A stretch of 64,000 nucleotides of DNA from a virus, in the IMG/VR virus record IMGVR_UViG_3300026538_000054, positions 32,001-96,000 of that record. The stretch is one strand, 5' to 3'. The notes under the pieces are model-generated. The model ran no database searches and had not been told where the DNA came from. It worked only from the letters and a program-made list of their open reading frames with translations. A program made the translations under genes and the position numbers. Below are positions 35,877 to 44,568 of this stretch, piece by piece; position 1 is the stretch's first letter, and each line of letters starts with the position of its first letter.

Positions 35877-38800
35877 ATGGCTAACCTACCGCCGCTTCAA
35901 GGCCCCGTCTCCGCGACGCCGTCAGGCCATGGCGCCCCTGTGACCATGCGGGCCTTTGACGATCACGCCGCGACCAGGGAGGCCATTTATTCCAAGACCC
36001 TGAAGGCCCTGGAGAAACTGCCGCCTGTCGAGAACGCGCGACACTCCTTGCGCGTCGAGAGGCCCGCCTACGCAGGCCCCGGCATGGTCTCCCTGGCCGA
36101 GCAAAACAGGGCCATTCTTGAAGGGCGGTCGCTTTTTCGCCGGCTCAAAGGCGACGTGGTCCTCACGGACAAGGCCACGGGCAAGGAGCTCGACCGAAAG
36201 AACGTGACCATCGCCCAGGTGCCCATGTACACCCAACGCGGCACGTTCATCTTTAACGGTTCTGAAAATGGATTGTCACACCAATTGAGGCTGCAGTCAG
36301 GCATCTACGCCCGAATACGCAGCACGGGCGAGGCGGAGTCGCACGTCAATGTACGGCCAGGCAAAGGCCTCTCTCACCGCTACTTCCTGGACCCGGAGAC
36401 CGGCCTCTTCAAGCTCCAGGCTGGACAGGCCTCTGTGCCCCTGGTCACCGTGCTGCGCGCGATGGGTGCGACAGACAGGGAGCTGCAAGAGGCCTGGGGC
36501 CGAGAGCTCTTCTCCGTTAACGCCAAGAAGGACGACCCGCGCTCCATCGAGAAGCTCTACGAGAAGCTGGAGCGACGCCCTGACAAGCAAGCCCCTGCCG
36601 AGGGCAAGCGCCTCAGGGTGGCCGAGCTCATGGCGAAGATGGAGCTTGACCCCGAGGTCACGAAGCGGACGCTGGGCCATCCCCATGCCACCCTGAGCAA
36701 GGAGACCATCCTGGCCGCCACCAGGAAGTTGCTCCGAGTGGCCAGGGACGAAGAAGAGCCGGACGACCGAGATCACCTGGCCTATCAGACCTTCCACGGC
36801 CCGGAGGACATGATCGCGGAGAGGGCTGAGCGGTCATCGCCCCTGTTCCACCAGCTTTTGTGGAAGGCGACGCGCACGGGCAAGCTGGACCATGTTCAGC
36901 CCAACTTCCTGTCCAAACATGTTCAAGGGGCCATCCTTGACTCAGGCATTGGTAACAACCTGGAAGAAATTAACCCATTAGAGTTCCTTAACAACGCGCA
37001 CAAGATAACTCGTATGGGCCGAGGCGGCATCGCCTCAATTGACAGTATACCTTCGTCCAGTAGAGCGGTTCACTCGAGTCACGTCGGTTTCATTGACCTG
37101 GTCTCGACCCCGGAAAGTCAACGTGCCGGCGTAGACACTCGCGCCGGGTTCAAGGCCCTGAAGGGCGACGACGGCCGGCTCTACACGCCGGTACACAACG
37201 CCAGGACTGGCAAGGAAGAGCTCAAAAGCCCGCAGGACCTGGCGGACGCCGTCCTCGCCTTCCCAGGGCAAATGCAAACCGGCAAGAAGCGCGTGACCGC
37301 CCTGGTCAAGGGCAGGGCGACCAGTGTGCCTCGCGAAGAGGTGGATTATGCCCTGCCCCACATGGAGCACGCCTTCACACCTACGTCCAACCTGGTCCCG
37401 CTCAAGGCCATGAGCAAGGGCCAGCGGGTGAGCATGGGTGGTCGGTTCCTGGTTCAGTCCGTGGCGCTCAAGGACGGTGAAGCGCCCCTGGTCCAGGGCC
37501 TTGTTCCCGGCACCAACAAGTCCTTTGAAGAGCTCTACGGACGCCACGTCGGCGCTGTCCATGCCAGAGATGATCAAGGCGGTCGCGTGGTGAAAGTTAC
37601 GCCCGACGGCATCACGGTCAAGTACGACGACGGCAAGACCGAAGAACACGAACTGTACAATCACTTCGTACTGAACAGGAAATCGCTTCTGCACAATACG
37701 CCAGTGGTGCGAGAAGGTGACAGGATTGAAGCGGGCCGTCCGCTGGCGAAGTCCAACTATACCGATGCCCAGGGCCGCGTGGCTGTCGGTAAGAACCTGC
37801 GCACGGCGTACATCGCACATGGTGGAGGTTCTTCCGCGAACTACGAGGATGCCTGGGTCATCAGCGAGTCGGCGGCCAAGAAGTTCACCAGCGACCACGC
37901 CTACCAGCACGCGATCGAGTGGGAAGACAACCACAAGCGCGGCAAGCGCACCTACCAGGCGCTCTTCCCTACGAAGTACGACCGAAAGACGTTGGAGCTC
38001 CTGGACGAAGATGGCGTGATCAAGCCAGGGACCAAGGTTGAGTCCGGTACGCCCCTGGTCCTGGCCGCCAGTCAGAAAGACCCTGATCGCAAGACCGTTC
38101 ACCAGAGTAGAGGCGGTGGCTTCTCAGACGCTTCTCTTGTCTGGGACCACCACGCTCCTGGAGAGGTGGTCAGCGTCGCCAAGACGGACAAGGGCGTCAA
38201 CGTTGTAGTTAGGTCATTTAATACGACTGAGATAGCGGACAAACTTTGTTACGACCCTGAGACGGAGGTGCTGACCAGCCGCGGCTGGGCGCGCGTAGCT
38301 GAGCTAACCACCGCCGACGAGGTCGCCACGTTGGGGCCAGAGGACCGGATCGAGTACCTCCAGCCTGTCGGTATCCACCGCTACCACCACATCGGCCGGA
38401 TGTATCGGCTGGAGACGACGCAGATCGATCTACTGGTCACCGAGAACCATCACCTGTACGCCTGCCGCAGGAATCGGTCTGAGTACTCTCTCCAGACTGC
38501 GTCCGAGCTATTCGGGAAGACGTTTCGGCTGAAACGAGACGGCGTGTGGACTGGCGCCTCGCCGGACTTCGTCAAGATGCCGGACCTCGTTGTTAAGGCT
38601 GGGCAGTTCGGCCACGGTGAGCGCGCCCTGGATGGGCCGAGCTTGCCGACCGACGTGTTTGTCATGCTACTCGGGATGTACCTGTCGGAGGGCTGTACGT
38701 TCAACCAGCCGAGCTACGGGTCGTACGGCATCGATATTACGCAGATCAATCCTGGCGGGCGCGCCAAGCTGTTTCCGGCGCTGGATGCCGCTGGTCTGAA

Positions 38801-41381
38801 GTACAACGCCACGTCGAACGGCGCGCGAATCTATAGCAAGTCGTTGATGGCCTATTTCAACCAGTTTGGGCGCGCCAAGGACAAGTTCATCCCTGAAGAG
38901 GTGTTTTTCTGGGCCACGGAGCACCTCAAGTCTCTTTACTACTGGCTCATGTGGGGCGATGGCTGTGAGGGTGGTACGGGCCACTCTTACTGCACCACGT
39001 CGCCTCGACTGGCCGACGACTTTCAACGGCTCCTGCTCCACATCGGGATGTCAGGCAACATCAAGAGGGTCGAAGCCAGGCGCGGCGTGATCAAGGGCAA
39101 GGAGTACGACTTCGCCCCTCGCTACGACGTTTCTGTCTTCCGGTCGAAAAACAGGCCAGAGATCAATCACGGTCACTGGAAGACCCAAAACGGGCAGAGA
39201 GAGGCCTGGGAGGAGTACTCAGGCGAGGTCTTCTGTCCGCAAATGCCGAAGAACCACGTCATCTATGTCCGCCGAAACGGCAAGCCGGTCTGGTGCGGCA
39301 ACAGCGGGCTTTACGGAGACAAAGGTGTTATATCGGGAATCATGAAAGATGATGAGATGCCTCATGATGAGAATGGCAAACCATTTGAGATGCTAGCTAA
39401 TCCTTTAGGAGTTATATCAAGAATTAACGCTAGCCAGGTGGCAGCGGCTGTCCTGGGCAAGATCGCCCAGAAGACGGGCCAGCCGTACAAGGTGGAGGAC
39501 TTCCCTCACGACAAAGAGGACATCACGGGCTGGGTGCAGCAAGAAGCCAAGAAGCACGGCGTCAAGGACCTGGAGACGGTGATCGATCCTGTGACAGGGA
39601 AGCGCATTCCCAACGTGTTGACAGGCGTTCGCTACTATATGAAACTACACCACTCGGCTGAGGGAAAGGCTTCTGCGAGGGGCCTTGGCGCCTACGACGC
39701 TGAAGGAACGCCTGCGCGAGGCCCTGGCGAGGCGGCTCAGGCCAAGCGACTGGCGCTCATGGAGACGAACGCGCTGCTCAGCCATTCCGCGCTTGACGTC
39801 CTCAAGGACGCCAGATTGGTTCGCGGTAACCAGAACGTCGAGCTCTGGGCGAGCTACATGGGCGGTGACCACCCGTCGACGCCGCCGGTGCCTTTTGTCT
39901 TTCAGAAGTTCGTGAATCAGCTCAAGGCCGCGGGCGTGAACGTGACGCGCAAGGGTGCGCAGACCAGGATCACCGCCCTGACCGACAAGGACATTGATGA
40001 GCTGGCGGGCGACAGGGAGCTGGGAAACGCCGAGACAGTCCACTGGGGCGAGGACATGCGGCCTGTCAAGGGCGGCCTGTTCGACGAGCAACTCACGGGT
40101 GGTCACACGGGCCAGAAGTGGGTGAAATTGGTTCTTGCCGAGCCGATGCTGAACCCGGTGATGGAAGAGCCAGCCCGTCGCCTCCTAGGCCTGACCCAGG
40201 CGCAGCTCGAGAGCGTGATCAAAGGAGAGCGAGAGCTTCAGGGCAAGAAGGGCCCGGAGGCCATCTCGCACGCGCTTGCGTCTATCAACCTGGAGAAGGG
40301 CATCTCGCGCGCCAGGGCGGATATCGCTTCGGGCAGGAAGACCTTGCGAGACGACGCCGTCAAGCGGCTGAGCTACCTGAAAGCGGCGCAGTCTACTGGC
40401 GTTCACCCTGGCGACTGGGTACTGAAGGCCGCCCCTGTTCTTCCTCCTATCTTCAGGCCGGTCTCCGTGATGCAGGGCACGGGCGGCACTCTGATTGCTG
40501 ACGCCAACGTGCTCTATCGCGACTTGTTCGAGTCGAACCAGGTCCTCAAGGGCCTGAAGGGGCAGGTTGACGACACCGGTGCCGAGATGTTGTCGGTCTA
40601 CAACGCGCTCAAGGCCGTTCAGGGGCTGGGTGATCCCGTCAACGCCAAGACGCAAGAGAAGAAGGTCAAGGGCCTTCTGGACACGGTCTTCGGCTCTTCC
40701 AGCAAGCACTCCGTGGTGCAGTCGAGGCTCATTGGTACGCCTGTCAACAACGTGGGTAGGGGCGTGGTGATCCCTGACGCCGATCTGGACATGGATGAGG
40801 TAGGCATACCGGAGGCCCACGCCTGGAAGGTCTACGAGCCTTCGCTCATCAGGTCGCTTGTCCGTCGCGGCATGGGCCGTGTTGACGCCCTGGCCCACGT
40901 CAGGGACAAGAGCGATGTCGCTAGGCAGGCCCTTCTGGCCGAGACGGAGAAGGGGCCGATTCTGATGACCAGGGCCCCTGTGCTTCATCGCTTTGGCATC
41001 TTGGCCTTGCTGCCGCGGCTGGTAAAGGGTGACGCTGTTAAGGTTAATCCTTACATAGTGGCAGGCCAGGGCATGGACTTTGACGGTGATGCTGTCAACT
41101 ATCATCTCCCTTTAACGCAAGAAGCTAAGCAAGAGGCTATGGAGAAGATGCTGCCCAGCAAGAGCCTTCTCGCCGTGAGCGACCTACACACACCGATGTT
41201 CAACGTCCGCCAGGAGTTCCAGGCCGGTCTCTACCGCATGACCCACGCCGAGAACAAAGAGAAGCGAGCGCGCACCTTCGCGACCATGAAGGACCTTCAC
41301 AAGGCCTACCTGCGCGGCGAGATCGAGGCGGACGATCCGGTGACGGTCATGGACCATGGCGGCCAGAGCGGTGCGAAGTAG
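35877..41381 (+). CDS. Phage multisubunit RNA polymerase: beta fused to N-terminal catalytic half of beta' (intein-containing)
   Basis: GTFIFNG, TPESQRAG, NYEDAWVIS, DKL|SGLYGDKGV, NPLGVISRIN, PVLPPIFRP, TRAPVLHR, GMDFDGD. Confidence 0.95.
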   Translation: MANLPPLQGPVSATPSGHGAPVTMRAFDDHAATREAIYSKTLKALEKLPPVENARHSLRVERPAYAGPGMVSLAEQNRAILEGRSLFRRLKGDVVLTDKATGKELDRKNVTIAQVPMYTQRGTFIFNGSENGLSHQLRLQSGIYARIRSTGEAESHVNVRPGKGLSHRYFLDPETGLFKLQAGQASVPLVTVLRAMGATDRELQEAWGRELFSVNAKKDDPRSIEKLYEKLERRPDKQAPAEGKRLRVAELMAKMELDPEVTKRTLGHPHATLSKETILAATRKLLRVARDEEEPDDRDHLAYQTFHGPEDMIAERAERSSPLFHQLLWKATRTGKLDHVQPNFLSKHVQGAILDSGIGNNLEEINPLEFLNNAHKITRMGRGGIASIDSIPSSSRAVHSSHVGFIDLVSTPESQRAGVDTRAGFKALKGDDGRLYTPVHNARTGKEELKSPQDLADAVLAFPGQMQTGKKRVTALVKGRATSVPREEVDYALPHMEHAFTPTSNLVPLKAMSKGQRVSMGGRFLVQSVALKDGEAPLVQGLVPGTNKSFEELYGRHVGAVHARDDQGGRVVKVTPDGITVKYDDGKTEEHELYNHFVLNRKSLLHNTPVVREGDRIEAGRPLAKSNYTDAQGRVAVGKNLRTAYIAHGGGSSANYEDAWVISESAAKKFTSDHAYQHAIEWEDNHKRGKRTYQALFPTKYDRKTLELLDEDGVIKPGTKVESGTPLVLAASQKDPDRKTVHQSRGGGFSDASLVWDHHAPGEVVSVAKTDKGVNVVVRSFNTTEIADKLCYDPETEVLTSRGWARVAELTTADEVATLGPEDRIEYLQPVGIHRYHHIGRMYRLETTQIDLLVTENHHLYACRRNRSEYSLQTASELFGKTFRLKRDGVWTGASPDFVKMPDLVVKAGQFGHGERALDGPSLPTDVFVMLLGMYLSEGCTFNQPSYGSYGIDITQINPGGRAKLFPALDAAGLKYNATSNGARIYSKSLMAYFNQFGRAKDKFIPEEVFFWATEHLKSLYYWLMWGDGCEGGTGHSYCTTSPRLADDFQRLLLHIGMSGNIKRVEARRGVIKGKEYDFAPRYDVSVFRSKNRPEINHGHWKTQNGQREAWEEYSGEVFCPQMPKNHVIYVRRNGKPVWCGNSGLYGDKGVISGIMKDDEMPHDENGKPFEMLANPLGVISRINASQVAAAVLGKIAQKTGQPYKVEDFPHDKEDITGWVQQEAKKHGVKDLETVIDPVTGKRIPNVLTGVRYYMKLHHSAEGKASARGLGAYDAEGTPARGPGEAAQAKRLALMETNALLSHSALDVLKDARLVRGNQNVELWASYMGGDHPSTPPVPFVFQKFVNQLKAAGVNVTRKGAQTRITALTDKDIDELAGDRELGNAETVHWGEDMRPVKGGLFDEQLTGGHTGQKWVKLVLAEPMLNPVMEEPARRLLGLTQAQLESVIKGERELQGKKGPEAISHALASINLEKGISRARADIASGRKTLRDDAVKRLSYLKAAQSTGVHPGDWVLKAAPVLPPIFRPVSVMQGTGGTLIADANVLYRDLFESNQVLKGLKGQVDDTGAEMLSVYNALKAVQGLGDPVNAKTQEKKVKGLLDTVFGSSSKHSVVQSRLIGTPVNNVGRGVVIPDADLDMDEVGIPEAHAWKVYEPSLIRSLVRRGMGRVDALAHVRDKSDVARQALLAETEKGPILMTRAPVLHRFGILALLPRLVKGDAVKVNPYIVAGQGMDFDGDAVNYHLPLTQEAKQEAMEKMLPSKSLLAVSDLHTPMFNVRQEFQAGLYRMTHAENKEKRARTFATMKDLHKAYLRGEIEADDPVTVMDHGGQSGAK
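38247..39302 (+). mobile_element. Intein with LAGLIDADG homing endonuclease in RNAP beta
   Basis: CYDPETEVLT...TENH...LGMYLSEG...WGDG...VWCGN|S. Confidence 0.92.
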
Positions 41382-41440
41382 CTGCTGCGTGTTGACGCTG
41401 TCTGGCAGTCTTTTCTTTTTCCGGAAAACATATTCAAGCG

Positions 41441-41509
41441 GCCAATAGCTAAAAGAAAACGGCGGGATGGCGCTTGCGCGCCACCTCCCGACCGTCTTCA
41501 TCCTGCGCT
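41441..41509 (-). repeat. 69-bp terminator-containing direct repeat (second copy 42061-42129)
   Basis: Two mismatches between copies. Confidence 0.85.
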
Positions 41510-41858
41510 ACCAGGCCCCACCCATTTTCCTCATCGAGGGCGCTGCGGCGTAGGCCCTGGCCTTGAGCCGCAGAGACCTAGGGAAGTAGCCGGACCGGCC
41601 GTCGATCTCGGCCAGGATCGCGTCGGCGAGGGAGGAGCAGACGGGAAGCACCAGGGCGAAGCGATTGGCCTGCCACTGACTGCCGCTCCACCCGACCTGA
41701 TCCACCATCGCCTTCGCCTGCGGCCCGAAAGGCGCAGTGACGTCGGCCTGACATTCGATGTTTTTCACTTCCTGGTCGCGCGCGACCAGGTGGGGGCTTT
41801 CGGTGATCGCCTTCAGGGAGGCGGCGGTCAACGGGTGACGGAAATTGAGAATGATCAT
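41508..41858 (-). CDS. Csx15-like protein (CARF-related, type III CRISPR ancillary family)
   Basis: MIILNFRHPLT...PFGPQ...VG-x-S...WQ...LAEIDGRSGYFP matches the Csx15 signature; C-terminus atypical. Confidence 0.8.
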   Translation of the reverse strand: MIILNFRHPLTAASLKAITESPHLVARDQEVKNIECQADVTAPFGPQAKAMVDQVGWSGSQWQANRFALVLPVCSSLADAILAEIDGRSGYFPRSLRLKARAYAAAPSMRKMGGAW

Positions 41859-41870
41859 AAAAGCTCCTTT

Positions 41871-41965
41871 ATCGGCGCGGGCACGCGAAAGTTCGCATGG
41901 CTACCCGCTCCTCACTACATATTGACGCAATTTATGTCATAATTAAGTTCTTATGCGCGGCGGCA
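41871..41965 (-). repeat. 95-bp promoter-containing direct repeat (second copy 43057-43151)
   Basis: Contains ACTTAA-15nt-CGTCAATAT. Confidence 0.85.
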
Positions 41966-42133
41966 GCCGTCGACTTGGAGTCGCCGACCAGAACAGACTG
42001 ACGCTACCTGACAGGCGTTCCTTTCTAGACTACTGGGCGGCGCAGTGCCGGAACCGAGAAGCCAATAGCTAAAAGAAAACGGCGGGATGGCGCTTGCGCG
42101 CCACTTCCCGACCGTCTTCGTCCTGCGCTGTCT

Positions 42134-42170
42134 GGCGCAGCATTCAGCCCGCTGCGCAGGGCTGCTTCAC
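42134..42170 (-). repeat. Solitary CRISPR-like repeat overlapping stop of 42167..42637
   Basis: Reverse complement GTGAAGCAGCCCTGCGCAGCGGGCTGAATGCTGCGCC. Confidence 0.8.
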
Positions 42171-42637
42171 TCGACGCGGCCCCACCGCCTGATAGCGGCG
42201 CCCCAGCGAGACGTGGAGCCGCAACAGGACGTGGGCGGATCATCCACCAGTCTAGGGCCTACCGTCGGCCCAACGCCTTGGGCATAGACAGATATCCATT
42301 TCTGCTTCATGAACAACTCGGCCTCCGGTCCCTGGTCGTTGACCTGGGACCGGCGATCCACGATCTCAGGCCGGCGAGTCGGGCCTTCGTCCGCTTCCTG
42401 CTCCGAGTGAGCCTCGGCGTCGAGCACGCTGATCCTGGACTGCACACGGTCGTTGTGCAGGCAACTCGCCGCCTTCAGAGCCGCCAGCCGGACGAACTCC
42501 TCGCGCTGAGCCCGACACTTGGCCTTGTCGAGCTGGTCGCAGAGGCCCTCGAACACGCCGATGACGATCAACGCCAGCGCGGCGATGACCAACAGAGAGC
42601 CGATGATCTCCACGAAGATGGCGGATTTCTTGTTCAT
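42167..42637 (-). CDS. Membrane-anchored hypothetical protein
   Basis: N-terminal TM, GGAG RBS. Confidence 0.55.
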   Translation of the reverse strand: MNKKSAIFVEIIGSLLVIAALALIVIGVFEGLCDQLDKAKCRAQREEFVRLAALKAASCLHNDRVQSRISVLDAEAHSEQEADEGPTRRPEIVDRRSQVNDQGPEAELFMKQKWISVYAQGVGPTVGPRLVDDPPTSCCGSTSRWGAAIRRWGRVE

Positions 42638-42751
42638 TTTTCTCCCTTTCAGAAAACGAAAAAGGGAGGCCTGAAAACAGGCCTCCCGGCACCGGAAATC
42701 GAGAAGATCAGAAGACAGGAGAGGGCGGCCCTCTCCTGGCAACGCGTGTAA

Positions 42752-43036
42752 TCAGCTCGCGATGGCCGCGAGCCTGGAAGGGGAGCGCAGCCCGCGCCTC
42801 TCGCGCAGTCGCGCGCGTAAGCAGTGCAGGGCCGCCTCGTAGCGGCCCGTGCCGTCCAGGGGCTGGTTCAGTCGGTAGGACTCGACGACCGCCAGCGCGG
42901 CGGTGGCGGCAGCGTCGGCCATGTCGGCCGCATCGAAGTCGACGTCACGGCAGCACGCGGTCGCCGTCTTCTTGATTTTCTCGGCCGCGATCTCCGCCGA
43001 CCGCCGACACAGGAACAGGATCTGTTCGCCGAGCAT
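42752..43036 (-). CDS. Hypothetical protein
   Basis: Follows duplicated promoter. Confidence 0.55.
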   Translation of the reverse strand: MLGEQILFLCRRSAEIAAEKIKKTATACCRDVDFDAADMADAAATAALAVVESYRLNQPLDGTGRYEAALHCLRARLRERRGLRSPSRLAAIAS

Positions 43037-43128
43037 GACAAGGCTCCGTCAACGAGATCGGCGCGGGCACGCGAAAGTTCGCATGGCTACCCGCGCCTCA
43101 CTAAATATTGACGCAATTTATGGCCTAA

Positions 43129-43374
43129 TTAAGTTCTTATGCGCGGCGGCACAAGAGAGGCCACGTCCTTGTTGGTGAGCACCACGGTCCGGTCCAGGCC
43201 CAGCGACTCCAGGTGCCTCTCGAAGTCCGGCTCGCCGGCGGAGATGAACCGTACGTGCTCCTGGCTCACCTGGAAGAAGACGGCCAGCGGGCGGCCCTGA
43301 TTATCCTTGATCACGAGCCGGGTGGCGTTTATCCGGACCGGCGACTCCATCCTGTTGTGCGATTCCAGGATCAT
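43129..43374 (-). CDS. Hypothetical protein
   Basis: Coupled to 43379..44104. Confidence 0.55.
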   Translation of the reverse strand: MILESHNRMESPVRINATRLVIKDNQGRPLAVFFQVSQEHVRFISAGEPDFERHLESLGLDRTVVLTNKDVASLVPPRIRT

Positions 43375-43378
43375 GCTC

Positions 43379-44104
43379 TCACCACCCTTCCACGGGCTGT
43401 TCGCCCACGGCCGCTTCTCTCTCCTTGAGTCGCTTCTGGAACCGCCAGGCGGCCACGCGGGCGTGTTCGACCGTGGACAGTTCGGCCCTGGGCAGGCCCC
43501 TGCCGTGCGAGGCTTGCTTGCCGCCTGCCTGCGGGAAGGCGCTTTGCATCGGCTCCATGGGCTGGATGGTGCTTTGCGGCGGCTGTCCACCCGCCTGCCC
43601 CTGTTCTTGTCCTCCCTGGACCACCGAGCCACCGTCGGCCGCTTGCGCCGGCATGCCGGTGACAGGGTCGCGGTTCGGGCCGTCCAGGATGTCGGGCGGC
43701 GGCTCCTTGCCTCTGGAGCGCATGTCGTGCATGACCAGCTTCTTGAGCTGAAACATGTCCGTGGCCATGGCGGCAGGGTCCGGTTTGTTGGTCTTGGGCT
43801 GTCCCTTGCCCGCTCCCACCCCTGACTGAGCCAGGGCGTTGTTCACGGCCGTCTGCACGGTCGTGGCCAGGTCGCCCCCTCCTTCCGTCGGAGTGGGCGC
43901 AGGGATGGGAGGGGCCGTAGGCGGCGGCATGGCCCCGCCACCGCCAGCAGGGCCTTGAGCCGGTGGCGGCGGGGACATCGCACCACCCTCCGACGCGGGT
44001 GGCCCGCCGCCACCAGCGGCGGCAGCGGCCGCGTCGGAGGGGACGGCAGCCTTTTTCGCGATGGCGGCCCGAGCGTAGAAGAGAGCGGCCTTGTCCAGGG
44101 GCAT
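43379..44104 (-). CDS. Pro/Gly-rich protein with KxA motifs
   Basis: AGGAG RBS; DKAA, KKAA, KQAS. Confidence 0.6.
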   Translation of the reverse strand: MPLDKAALFYARAAIAKKAAVPSDAAAAAAGGGGPPASEGGAMSPPPPAQGPAGGGGAMPPPTAPPIPAPTPTEGGGDLATTVQTAVNNALAQSGVGAGKGQPKTNKPDPAAMATDMFQLKKLVMHDMRSRGKEPPPDILDGPNRDPVTGMPAQAADGGSVVQGGQEQGQAGGQPPQSTIQPMEPMQSAFPQAGGKQASHGRGLPRAELSTVEHARVAAWRFQKRLKEREAAVGEQPVEGW

Positions 44105-44167
44105 AGCGGTTGTCTCCTGTTCTTGAAGCCATCAAAAATACCGCGTGGACTGCACCTGCGTCCGCCT

Positions 44168-44207
44168 GCTTAATAGGTCTCCATTCCGTGTCAATATTTC
44201 TTGCCAC
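44168..44207 (+). promoter_or_regulatory. Bipartite phage promoter-like motif
   Basis: GCTTAA-15nt-TGTCAATATTTCTTGCC. Confidence 0.7.
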
Positions 44208-44269
44208 CGCCTAGATCGTGCTGATACGACCGGTAGCGCGCTCTTGCTATCTTGAACATCCAGCCAGTG

Positions 44270-44306
44270 TTTGCAGCAATAAGCCCGCTGCAGAGGGCTT
44301 TGGTAC
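44270..44306 (-). repeat. Solitary CRISPR-like repeat
   Basis: Reverse complement GTACCAAAGCCCTCTGCAGCGGGCTTATTGCTGCAAA. Confidence 0.8.
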
Positions 44307-44354
44307 GTCGGTCATCTTAGCAGGTACGGTGAAACGGTCGCTCGAGAGGCCTTC

Positions 44355-44563
44355 ACCTGCGACCACTGCAACTGGGACGAGGTCCAGGCCTGGCAGGGCG
44401 GGCTGATCAGACAACTGGCCAGGCTGGCCTACGAAGGCCGTCAACCGGTTGACGGCGCTCTTGACCCGGCTGCGAGGAGCAAGCCATCCTTGAGTACCTT
44501 CGCAGCGCAGGCCCCCACGTCAGGGGCTGCTGGGCCCTTGACCTCGTTCTCGGTAAGGACTGA
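44355..44563 (+). pseudogene. C-terminal remnant of Gemmata-type family gene
   Basis: LIRQLARLAYEG...GALDP / GCEEQAILEYLRSAGPHVRGCWALDLVLGKD in shifted frames. Confidence 0.7.
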
Positions 44564-44568
44564 CGAAG

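Noticed and set aside
44235-44269. Spacer after repeat 44270 matches KilA-N gene at 1911 (CACTGGCTGGA)
   Set aside because: Only 11 nt, distant, and no TTN flank; about one such hit is expected by chance across 26 spacers.
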